A stretch of 64,000 nt of DNA from Yuukianura sp. NJ FZ-2021 (taxonomy: Eukaryota). Positions 15,001-26,955 of the stretch are shown piece after piece. Every line of letters begins with the position of its first letter. Position 1 is the stretch's first letter. The position numbers and the translations under genes were made by a program. The DNA is taken from NCBI GenBank assembly GCA_046563655.1, contig CM102285.1, forward strand, positions 3,596,001 to 3,660,000, given 5' to 3'. The notes under the pieces are model-generated. The model was not told the DNA's origin. It did not search any database and was given only the letters and a program-made list of their open reading frames with translations.

Positions 15001-18000
15001 TGCCTCCATTTCCAAAATACGCACTCCAACTTTTGTAGTTTGGATTTTAGGTAAAGCTTTAGCAAGCAGAGTTGGTTTGGGTGAGCATTTGAATTCTGTG
15101 TTAGAAAACTACCCCCATAGTTACTTCCCTCAATTCTTCGTTTCAAATGCATACTCAACTTAAATTTAAATCCAGCCCCTTCCTTTTTGGCTTGTTTGAA
15201 ACGCACTCCTCCTAACCAGCCATTTCCTTTCGGCATAATTTCAATTGTTCTTCCACACATCACATACGCAGTGCACGAAGAACATTAGGCCTTGGAACCC
15301 ACTTGACTTTTTGCAGAGTGGTTCAGACGTAGGGTGACTAGCATTGTTAAAAGCGTTTTCTTGAAACAATGGGTAGAAGCAGTATGTGGGGGGCTCTGGC
15401 AGTGACTCTTTGCCTTTCGACTTGAACACAACACGCACAGAATTCAAAAGTTAGTAGAAGCTGAACACTTAAATGTTAAAAACACTACTGTGTGACACTG
15501 TGACTGTGATTCAGTGACCTTTGACAAGGACTAAGGACAATAAGCAGATTATGGTAAAAGAATTTTGCTGGGAAAACATTTTAAGCTTGTATAATCCTCG
15601 TTCGAAAACGTTGTAAAGACTTTTTTTTTTTGAAAAAAAATTGTCACTGGTGTGATACTAATAGAAGCAATCCAAAACAAAATTTTGTAAAGCCGTGATA
15701 GAATTTTTTGAAATATGCAAAAAATTTCTATTTTTGGTAAACTTTTGACCACTTTGAAATTTTTTATTTGTCTTTGGACGTCAAAAGATTCCAAAGTATG
15801 AGCGAAAATTTTAAATTGAAACGTCAAAGGCTAACACTTGCAGTTACGTTATAAAAACATGTAAAGTTGATAAGTCCATCGTGCAGGAATAATTGGCAAA
15901 TGTTACTGTGTACAAATTTTTACTTGATTTTTTTTTCATAGCGGCAATGTAAAGTAAAGTAGCGATTTTGAATAAAAATTACGTTTGCCGCAAAGAGAAA
16001 CCTTAAAGTAATGAATTTAAAAAATCTAGCCGATCAGTTGTTGATAGGTGAAAGTTTTGTGAAAGTTGAAACTCAATCAGTGAAAAATTTGTACACACAA
16101 AATCCAAATTTTTTCGAAACGTGTAATTCCTTTTGAGAACTGCCGATTTGAAAAATAAGTAGCATAGTAGGAGATGATGAAACCAGTAATTAGATAAATT
16201 GGGTTTAAAAATTCAGGTTGCAGTAAGGCTCGGAGTGCACAACTGTCTCATGTGCAAATATTTGAGTAATGTGGGCGTGTGGCAGGCAGAATTTCCAACT
16301 GCCAAAAAGCTATTTGCTAATTTATAATTCAAGTTTTTGGCACTGGTGCTAACTTGGCTTCAAACACGCACCGTGGCCCTGAAGCCCCAGCGTCTCCTTA
16401 ATGAATATTCGTAATGGAGCTAATTGTGGGAGTGATGCCCCTGATGAGCCATTTGTGGTGTCTCTAGAGACAGTTATTCCACTGAACCAGATCCCGACGA
16501 AGGACGAATCTAGACTAGAAGTTGGTCTAGAGTAAGGGAGATCTAGAACTAGAGTAATTAACAGGAATAGGCCACTGACACGAATCATTAGGACTAGTAT
16601 AGGGCTTTTAGTATGCTCTCCGTAATTACTTGGAAGGAAACCGACTTGAGATGCGCATTACGCATGCATGTTGGCATTGTTTCCCTCCAGAAGTCCTTCT
16701 GCACAGTATCGAGCGACTAGTAGTCATTACCATTCGGCAGGCACACACGGACACAACCTCTCCCGTGCAAACCGACTCTACTGACTAGTTTCACTTGTTC
16801 CGAAATTTACCCAAATCTATACTGATATGCAAGTACACAAATTTTTTCAAATGCACGTTTCAATTTACTACATTTCTCCTGGACAATACTACGTTTATTC
16901 TGTACTCTAACTTTACTCTTTGGTTTTCAAGTGAAAGTGAAAGTGCCACAAGCAAGATTCAATTTAGTTATAACTGAAAACGAAGGAAATTTTGAAACAA
17001 TTTCAGTAAGTACAATTTTTTCAAACTTTTGTCAAAGTTTGGAATTAGCTACAAAAACAGATTTGGTAATAGAAATGTCTAACAAGTTTTTTAGAATCTG
17101 GGAAAACCAAAAAATATAGAATTTGAAATTTTAATTACAACTGTTGAAAATCGTTTCAAATTTTGTGGGCTGTTCTCGCAATTTGTCAATTTCTACAACT
17201 TCCCCCCTACATTCAAAAACGAAGAAAAACCAAGGGCTCTGCATGAGCCCTTAAACGCAATGGACTCATCATCATCACTCTCCTGCTCTAACTCGGTTCG
17301 TTTTTTCTCAATTTATTTTTAACTATTTCATTAACTATTTAGTAACTAACCAAATTTTTAACTATTTCAAAATTACGATTTTAATTTTTCCTGAAACCAA
17401 TCAGAGCAGAATTTTAGAAAATATGTAACTTGTAATTTCCGCTACTTCACCTCCGTAATAATTTGTTTGAATTATTTGAAATTCTTGAAAGTTAAACAAT
17501 GTTAAATTACAAACAGTTTAGCATTCTTCCTCTCATACCTGAGATTTGAAAGATTAATTTTTATATTTTTCTTAAAAATACATAATTATAGTTTATCGAG
17601 GAGCATTGTGTGAGGGAAATAAGATTTGTTGGAAATTACATTACAACTCCACCCACTTGTGGAAGATTTTTCATTGCCAACTTGGTCATAAATCCCATTC
17701 TTGGTTGCTGTTTTCTCGTTCAAATGAAAAAAAAAACCTTCATGAGCAACCAGCAGAAGTGCAAAGGTCAAATAATTAAAGCACTTTTTTTGTTTAAACT
17801 TTTTGCGTTTGAAGACAGTCGTATATTTCATGGACTTGTTCCCTCTAACCCCAACCCAGTGAAACAACATTTGATTTTTATAACCTACGGGTTTAATGAA
17901 TCATTCGAGTGGGCCGATGCTTCAGAAATTCAATGATGGTGAAACAGGTTCCGAATTCGTTAGGTTCGATAAGCAGCAACTCATTTTTAATTTATTGGTC

Positions 18001-21000
18001 TCTGAAAAACAAAAACGAGGCAACATTCAAACCTGAACGTGTTTGAATCTTGCCTTTTTTCAAGAAACGTTTTTTTCTAAGCTCGTAATTACAAGAAAAA
18101 ATTCCAGTGTAATGGAAAAAACTAAAACAAAAAAGTTACGCAGTTAAACATAACTTGGTTTTTATAACTTTTTTGTTAAATTCCAAGTTTCTAATTTTTG
18201 GAAGACTGCTCTAATTTTTGAGACTATAATTTGAAAAAAAAATGAAAGAAAATGATGGTTTGCGTATGGTTCGAATGTAGTGTGTAGGTGTTTTAGTGGT
18301 CTAATAAGTTATAACTTATTGCGTAAAAAGATAGAAACTGAAAAGGCGAAAGGAACCATAAAAAGAAACTTGTTCCTCCATGCGTAGAAGCGTAATCGTA
18401 ACTTTTGATCTTGCTTTATATTCTTTTTGTGTAAATTTGATTTAAAAAGAGGCGGATTCAAAATTAGTCTTCCCACCACATCTTGATAAAAGACTTAACT
18501 GGATTCTGAAAAAAAAACATAAAACCTTTCCGAAGAAAAACGTAATTTCAAGTTTTAAGTTCAGAAAACATTTCGCCTTACCTGAAACTTACCTCGTACA
18601 GATATTTTTTTTACTTCTAAAATTAAATAGTCTGTGTACTCTGTACAAGTGATTCTGATTATTACTATATCTATGAAAATTGAAGTTCATGATGTCAATC
18701 ATCGCCAGAAACCAACGGCACTCAAAAGCCTTTTTAGCTTACGACCAAGTTTCAGATAAAAATGATGCACAGCAAAAGGATGTGAAAAGAAAACGCTTTG
18801 ACTACTTAGAAATGGTCAAAATTTGTATGACTTTAAATAGACCCGATTCAATTATACAACTATAATTTCTTAAAGTTTCTAATTTTACATACAATTTGAA
18901 ATTTTTTGATAAAAATGTGTGAATTTTATCGCTTCAACTATATATTTTCCAGTAGGAAAATAAACTTGAGAATTCGAAATTTTAATCTTACTACACATTA
19001 CTCCGATCCCTTTTTTCCAAAATCTTGGCTTCCTTCTTTCCCAAGAGCCAAAGGGATTAACAACCTAGAGTAAACACGACAGCTCAACATCGTTCGCACA
19101 GACTTTTGACAAGTTTGACATTTATTTTTTGAGTCTCGTTTTGATGAGGCATGAACGATGTCACTTTTGGATCATTACAAAACCATGCATCGTTTTGTTC
19201 TCCTTGTCCTAATGAACAATTATGTGTTATAACCTCAAGGGTCGGTGGGAATGCTACGTTAAGTCCCTTGTCTCAGGGGCCCTTAATTCCTCAACATAAA
19301 AAATAAGTTTAGGCCTATGTACCACCTGTTCCGATCGACAGGGGGGACTTAACGGCCCTCTTCTTACCTTCTCCATATGCAGCCTAATGAACAAAATTCT
19401 TCTTCAACCCTTTACTTTGGAATATTCCAACATCCTTGTGGCTGCCAAAGTTCCTTGCATCTCAGATTCACTTTCGTTTTTATCATAAAAAGCAAATGGG
19501 TACTTTACATCTGCTGTAGGCTGTAACTTAAAAAAAAAGTTAAAGTCGAATACTAGCGAAGCTTCCAAGGTGTGAAAATCGAATCATGGGAAAAGAATTT
19601 TGTGTGGGAGTAAATATTAGTTCACCACTTTTCAAATTTGGAAAAAAAAAATTGATGATTCAGTTCAAAATGTGATTCGAAACGTCAGTTTCAGTTCAAA
19701 ATTTTTAAAATTTACATAACCCGGAATACATGGATCTTCAATTTCATGAATTTGCAAAATTACTAACGCATTTTAGCAAAATTTGAGAAGATTTTGGTGG
19801 TGAAGCTACAATAAAGTTATGTTCAAAATTTAATTTTTATAAATTTTGTGGTTGATTTTCATTTCAGCTTAAAAAAATTTAGGCTATGTTACGACTTTGT
19901 TAGATTTTTGTTAGGTTAGGTTAGTCATGTTGAGTATCCAGGAAGAAAATTTTGGAGTAAAATTTGTAAAAGTTTTTGTGGTATCCCAGGAAGAGCCCTT
20001 AAGCCAAGGGCTTCAACCCTTCCGTCCCTTGGGTTTCCAGGTTACCTTAGCTTTAAGTTATGTTTAGAGTTACGTTTAAGTTAGGGAGTTTTCGGAATGA
20101 ATTTCTTTGGCCGTCAGATGAAGAAGATATGAGATTCATAGCCCACTCTTTTTTTACACACCGTCTCCCGTACTTTACAATTAACTTTCCTCCTTTTTTG
20201 TTACAACCGCTGCTCTTAAGAGAGATTCAAACCTTTGAATTTTGTATCTTTTCGTGAAGAAGAAGACTTACGTAATGATTTGATGCCAGGATAGACTGAG
20301 ACTGTAAACCCTTTCATTTGACTTGGCATCTTCTAAGTATAATTCGCCATGATATGCACTTTTGAACCATTATTCTCCACATATCCCCTCCCTTGGCTCA
20401 TCTTCCATTCTTCACAAGATCATTTCCAAGATGATCATTCCTCTCGTCCTAAGATCTGATCTAAAGCATAGTCTAACATTCTGTGTCATTTGGGCTAGAG
20501 TCAGAAGCAGGCACTTAGGAAGGACAATGTATCACTCCAAATGATCCAGCACAATGGATCTCCTCTCCTCCAACGTACTATGTATTCTCTTACACGCTCA
20601 TCGCACAATTTATGACGCTCAAGAACAAGTTCCAGCTTTTTCAAATGTTGGTTTAGGTTGGTTGGAATGACGCTTTTTATGTTTCTGCTGCAGGACACAT
20701 CGAATAACTTAACCTAACATGTCCTAACCTTATGGAGGGAGTAACATTACTTTGACCTGTGGTGACATCGTCTCAGCTAAGAAAGTTACCTTAGTCTTTT
20801 CATAATCTGTGACACACTGGAAACAATCGAGTCGTTTTAAAGATTGATGGTAATGGGATTTCGTCGTTACCAGACACTTATGAGCTGTAACTGACAAGTA
20901 TCCCTGTAGACAACCACTTTATAGCATAGCCTAACACGGTTTCGCACTATAACCATAACGTAAAAATTTTTGAAGGAACAGAACCTAACCTACTAAAATT

Positions 21001-24000
21001 TAAATATTACCGCGACTGTATGACTCGTAACTATACTTGGCACTTAAGTGACCATCCGTAGGGGTATTTAGTATGTAAACAACAGTTTACGAGGACGCTC
21101 GTTCGTCGTCCACAAATCAGCATGTATAAGAATACATGTAGGTGTACAGTAGGATCTAGGATGCAGGAATTGAATTTTGGTAGTTGTAGAGATGTATTGT
21201 CGTTGAATAGATTGTTTTTGGAGCCAAAGCGATATACTTGCCACTTCCTGTGACTGGTGGCCCAAACCCTGACTGTCCGGAAATCTTCATTAGTTTGAAA
21301 TTGCCATCTCTCCCTCTGGAGTAAATTACAGTAATTACTGGAGGGATAGCTGGAAACAATGGAGGAGGTTATTAGTCTCAGGTCGCTGATTAATCCCATC
21401 TCTATTTACTCAGCAGTCAAAACACGGAGCCCAGAGGTTGACAGTCTAATGACGACCGGAGAGGGATAGCCTGAACCCAAGTCATGCCTTCAAGGCTCCT
21501 CTACGGTTGTCTTCCGGAAACCATTTGGAAACTAATCAACCTTACTCTAAACAAAAAATAGCTCCAGGAAACTAATTTTTCGAAATTCAAATTCAGAATT
21601 TTCTGCCAGAGGCACAAATCCTGACTAAATAAGTCATTTCCTTATTCGAAAAAAAATGACGCTGACACTGTAAGTCAAAACTCGCAGAAATACAAATGAA
21701 AAAGTTCAGCTCGGAAATATTTGGCTTGACCATGTTCGAACGGTCAACTTAACTTCAATTCAAAAAATATCAAAAATTCAAAAATTTTACATATAAATTT
21801 GTATGTGTAATTTTACTTTTTTTTGAGGTGACATTTGAGCCTAGTAGAGTGGCTGAGGAAAGTGACAAATGAGAGACATGTCTCTCCTTAGCATTCTGCT
21901 TTCAAACCTCTTCAGAATTAATTGAAAGAAAACCTTTGATGCGACTAGAATTCCTAAGTGTTCTCTGCGACTCCAGCTTTTTACGATTTTCTACTTGTTC
22001 AGAACAACTTCTGCAAACTAAAGTCCAATAACATCTACAAATCTTGAAATCCACTTTGAAGTATGTTTTAGGAACAAGAAATCTTATTATTTCCAGACCT
22101 CCAAACTCGTTTTCCTTCGAGTGACTTTTCTGTTCAATTTCAAGTTTTAAAAAAAAAGTGAAAAACTACATCCAGTCTCTGGAAATTTGTACATGTGACA
22201 CTTTGGAACTTTAGAAAATAGTTGCAAAACGAGATTCGAATTTTTTTGATCATTACTTGCTCTAAAAGTTGAAGTTTTCATGCCTTGGCATTAACTTTTT
22301 TCAAAATGAAAAGAGAAAGTTTTTTCAAAAAGTTTTTTTTTGAATCTCAAAGAAATAATGGAACGTTCGTGGAGCTTCCTTCAAGATTTCGAATCCTCCA
22401 AAAAATACTTTCTCAGAATCCGTCTAGCGTAACGAGGAAGGCGGCATAACGAGATAAGCGTGCGAGAATATGGTGAAGTTACCCGGGTTTTCTCCGAAAA
22501 CTTGTCACCGCCCAAAGATCCATTATGCATGGACCCTCCAGTATGTACTGGGTTAGGTTGAAACCGTTGGCAATACTCTAGGCCCCCTCTCCCCAAATTG
22601 GATTCTCCAAATTCTATCTAGAGAAGGAAGAACCAGGAAAGAGGGATGGATACATTCGTTTCAAAAAAAAAAAAAGTTTTTACTTTTACCCGGGTATTTT
22701 TGAGAGTGCCAACTCCGCATCTCCTCCTATAATCCATAATATCGTTAGAGACGTATCTCGTACTAATGCATCTCCAATCCCTCCAGAAGATCCCATTCAA
22801 AATGGAAACATAATGCATCTTCTCTCCTAATGGAAATCACTAAAGCAAGAGATAGGCTTCTGTGAACTGATACCAAATTTCCGTTACGATCTAACAGCCG
22901 AAAACGTCTCATCCCCCTTCAACGTACTCCCATTAATTTTCAAAATATCCACGAAATCCAACATTTTCCGGAAGTTGGAGCCGTACCAAGCTTAAAGACG
23001 AAATTTTTAATGGTTTTAGCACTGATCAAACAGTGAATATAAACTGTAAAGTGCTACTTTAAAACAACAATTCTTACGTACACTTATCCACTTAATAGAA
23101 GAAACGAAATAGTTACCAAAGAAGAAAGTGTTATTTTCAATGGAAAAACAACAAAATACAAAATGACTAAAATGTATCTTAAGAAATGTACCGGGCGTTC
23201 CAAAATGAGGAGTTTTTTTCTCTTTCTAACTGAAGAAAATTGATACTGCAAAAAACCAATGAGCAAAGAATTTGCTGTTTTTTTTTTTTCAAATTTCTAA
23301 AAAAGTTATTGTTTCCAAAAAAAATCTTTTCAATTTGAATTCCAAATGACCGAAAGTACGGATGGATTCTTGAATTTTATGTGAGAGAAATCTGTGACTG
23401 CTGTGATTTTTATGTAAGTAAGAGTCGGTTTTAATTTTAAGAACTCTTAATTATGTGATTTTAGGTGATTGTGAAAATTTTGCTTTTAGCTTGGCAACAG
23501 TGGAAAAAAAATTCAGACAACGGTTTTGAAAGAGCGAGAGCGGAATAGTTGGCTTCCGTTTTTAGAAAAAAAAAAACTTTTTTCTAAACAAAATAAAAAA
23601 ACTTTCACTTTTTTGTATTTAAATTCCATTGTTTTCTAACTACCGCTACACTCGAACTCCCCTTTTGTTTTTTTTTTTCGTTTCTGGAATTCTGAATAGA
23701 TTTATCGGCTTTTCCTGTCTACCAATAAATGGAACTTTTGTAACTCCTCTTTCGTCTCCAATGGGAGTGTTTCTACTCGTTAGAATTCTGAACGAATTCT
23801 GGAATGTACAAAATATGACTAGGAAAAGGGGGAACTGCTGTTCTAAATACATTAGAATTCCGTTTTAGTTTGCTTACAACTTAAGTCTCTAATATTTTCA
23901 AACTGACATGTTTCTGCTTATCGAACGGAGGCAGAGAAAGTACTAGTGAAAACGAAAGAGTGAAAGTACTACTAAAACTCTCCACCAACCACTATTTCTT

Positions 24001-25198
24001 ATCATTTCAACTGCATCTAAATTGGTTTCCTATGAATATTTCAACAATAAATTCTCTCCAAATTTGGAGTTTTGGCTGTTTTTCACTCGATTTTATCCGA
24101 TTTTCACACCCGATAGCCCAAGTTCCTTAGCGGGAGGTTAGTATAAGAGATGGGCGGTTCAACACGTTGAATAGTTTTTGACAACATAAGAAAAAATCTA
24201 GCTAATTCTCGTAACAAATGATTAATCAGGGAGATTAGCTTTGAAACTGGGCGGCCCAGCCCTTGTGTTACCAGTTGAATTAATGAGTTCACAGAGCGCG
24301 GAATTTTAAAAAAATTCAAACAAGATGGCAGTTGGTGGGGATTAGACCATCAAAAGTTGTTAAAAGCTAATCAACGCTTCCGCTGAAGATTTGTATCGGG
24401 CGGGTAGTGGACCACTCCCTCTGGCATCACTGCCACAACCGGAGGAAGTGGACCATTATTCAAGCCTAACGTTATTCTTTTGTTTAATGAACCTACGTAA
24501 TGTTTTAATTTGTGATCTCCCGGGATACATCTGACACTTCCACTACCATTGTATTCATTTCCGCTCTCTTTTTCAAAATGTACAAAAATTCCTCTTAAAC
24601 ATGGGCGTGTCCCTAGATGTCATTTTGATTTTTCTGGAAACGCGCATGTTTTCAAAAAGCGTTGCTGACGGTGAGCTACCCTCAAGGTGGTACATTATTG
24701 ACCTCTGCTTTGCATTCAAAAGTAAAAGATCCGATTTTACGAAAATTGTGGCTCCGGCGCCAATGTTTCCAACCAACCAACTATTTCAAATGCTTGAATT
24801 TGCGCGCAAACTTAAGTTTTTGTGCTCATTGCAAACACATACCTGTCGTGTTGGGAACAGCTCCATAGCTTGTGTTCACTTCAACCGAAACATTAATAAT
24901 TCTTACTGTGACAATTCAGTCTTGAATTTAAATGAGAAGGGTTTACTAAATCCTTAAATCCATACTGCAAAAATATTTGCTTGTGAAAGAAATTTTTGAA
25001 AAAAAAAACAAAAACAAAGAGTTAATTTCAATACGGCGCAAAAAAAAAAAAAGCCGAAACAGCAATTTTTCTTTAAACTCACGGGAAAAATTTTAGACAG
25101 ACTGAAATCCACTTATTGTGCCTAAAATTTTCTTCCGCGGAGCAAGTTAGATTGATTAGATTCTGTGTGTTTATGGTGAGTGACACGTAATTAATTAT

Positions 25199-26080
25199 TA
25201 AGTAGCGAAAGTATGAGCTACTTTATGTTTTTCCCCGAGTCTGTCTGTCTGTCTGTCCGTCCGTCCGTCTGTCCGTCCGTCTGCTGGTCAAGCTACCTCT
25301 GGAACCGCTGGACCGATTTCCAATCTATCTTCACAGATGAACTTGACATGGTGTGGGGGTAAACAACCGGTGCCCGGTTTGACCGGAAGTAGACCCCTTA
25401 AGGGTCAAAGGTCAAGGTCAAGTACATTTATGACTGAAATCGGAAAAATGACCTTTACAAAAGCTGTTCATCTCATTAAACTGAACAACTTTTGTATAGG
25501 TGACCTTGACCTTTGACTTGGGGTTCTGGAGATATAGACCTTAGAAGTTGCATAATGGGGTCACTCGTTATATTCGCGTCTATAACTCCAGAACCACTGG
25601 AGCGATTTTCAATCTGTCTTCACATTTGCGCTTCACATGTTCCAGGGGTGTCTAATCAGTGTCCAGCTTGACCGGAAGTTGTCCAGGTCCAGGTCAAAGG
25701 TCAAGGTCAAATGCTTTAATGACAGAAATCGGGAAAAATGACCTCTACAAAAGTTGTTTATCTCATTGGGCTGAACAACTTTTGTAAAGGTGACCTTGAC
25801 CTTTGACCTATGGTTACAGAGATACAGACGATAAAAGTTGCAAAAGTGCGTCCCTCGTCCTACTCGGGGAAGTATGACCTACTTTATGTTTTCCCCCAAT
25901 TCTGTCCATCTGTCCGTCTGCCTGTCTGCACTATAACTATACCTTCGAAACCTCTGGACCGATTTGCAATCTGTCTTCGTAAGTCAGTTTGGCATAGGGG
26001 GTGATTAATACGGCTCCGGTTTTACCGGAAGTGCACTCTAGCTTCGTTTCGCTACTTACGTACGGCGTTTACAACGGTTT
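25199..26080 (+). mobile_element. Non-autonomous Helentron-type element (HINE / DINE-1-like) with internal tandem repeats
   Basis: 12-bp subterminal inverted repeats TAAGTAGCGAAA (25199-25210) and TTTCGCTACTTA (26047-26058). A 5' internal partial IR GCTACTT, a (GTCY)n microsatellite at ~25239-25283, two ~290-bp internal units plus a restarted third block at ~25870, and a small 3' stem-loop CGTT-TAC-AACG before a T-rich end. No TSD seen. This matches the described HINE/DINE-1 architecture. Confidence 0.8.
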
Positions 26081-26487
26081 ATTCTTTGGTAGAAAGAAAG
26101 GTGTGAAAGAACGAAAAAATGTAGAAATCTATTGAGTACTTTTTCTGTGAAATAGGCGGAAGCAGTAATAAATCAAGAGGCAACCTGTTGCTTCCCCTTC
26201 TATCAACTAATAATTACAAAGGAACTTAAGACTCTTAAGTTCCTCTGGGAGAAAGTTGGAAGGCAGAAGAAATAGGAACTTCGATGATGGTATAATTAAT
26301 AGTGAAAGTTGTGAAAAATGTTCCAGAACAGGAGAAAGGAGGAACTAATCCATGTTACCAAGTGCTCAACTACACCAATTCAAGGTTCTAAACAATTGGA
26401 AGAAACCGCCAATCAATCAAGCTGAGTCGTCACAAGAAGCACTGCCGAGGGAACGCCACTTCTCCAGTAACGGTCTTCATTCTTCAA

Positions 26488-26578
26488 ATGGCAAAACACT
26501 TGAAGCGAGGTATTGAGTTCCTACGGTACGTAATCACTGATTAGTAGGAACTTCATACCGTGCTATCAGTCTTGCCAT
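26488..26578 (+). ncRNA. mir-276: miR-276 precursor hairpin (5p arm 26504-26525, 3p mature 26545-26566)
   Basis: 3p arm TAGGAACTTCATACCGTGCTAT matches recalled miR-276-3p (UAGGAACUUCAUACCGUGCUCU) at 21/22. 5p arm AGCGAGGTATTGAGTTCCTACG matches the recalled star arm at 21/22. The arms pair across a 19-nt loop and the basal stem extends as ATGGCAA...TTGCCAT. Confidence 0.96.
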
Positions 26579-26608
26579 GCTACATCATTTGAAATCCAAA
26601 GAAACGTT

Positions 26609-26955
26609 ACCAATCTCAACCAATCACAAGGTTTGGAATTTCGACCAATCAGGATTTTTGAAATTTCAACGCAACTTTCGGCATTACAACCACAGGCAAC
26701 ATTCGAAATTTCAACTAATTGTAAGTATCGGAATTTTGTCCAATTACATTACGAGAAGTTCCAATTTGAAATTTTCGGAGTTTCAACCAATCAGATCTTT
26801 AGGAATTTCAGCCAATTATGAATTTCGTATTTTCCACCAATTGTGAGTTTTAAGTCAACTGCTCGCATCTTGCTAGCTTTAGAATTTCAAGTAATTAGAA
26901 GTTTGTTGGAATTTCAACCAATCGCGTGCTTCAAAATTTCAACCAATCAAAATGC
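26609..26955. repeat. Degenerate ~24-bp minisatellite with core GAATTTCAACCAAT(C/T)
   Basis: About a dozen imperfect copies, e.g. GGAATTTCGACCAATCAG, GGAGTTTCAACCAATCAG, GGAATTTCAGCCAATT, GGAATTTCAACCAATCG, AAATTTCAACCAATCA. Confidence 0.7.

Noticed and set aside
3319..19925. Scattered TTAGG/CCTAA runs (e.g. ~3320, ~3650-3690, ~5360, ~8265, ~19911) as interstitial telomere
   Set aside because: Only 2-3 imperfect units each, too short to call telomeric arrays.
26220..26283. AGGAACTTAAG...CTTAAGTTCCT palindrome and TAGGAACTTC near miR-276, as a second miR-276 copy
   Set aside because: The stem is too short for a pre-miRNA and the match stops after ~10 nt.
25239..26955. Repeat arrays as a CRISPR-like locus
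   Set aside because: Eukaryotic context, degenerate repeats without unique regular spacers, and no cas genes.
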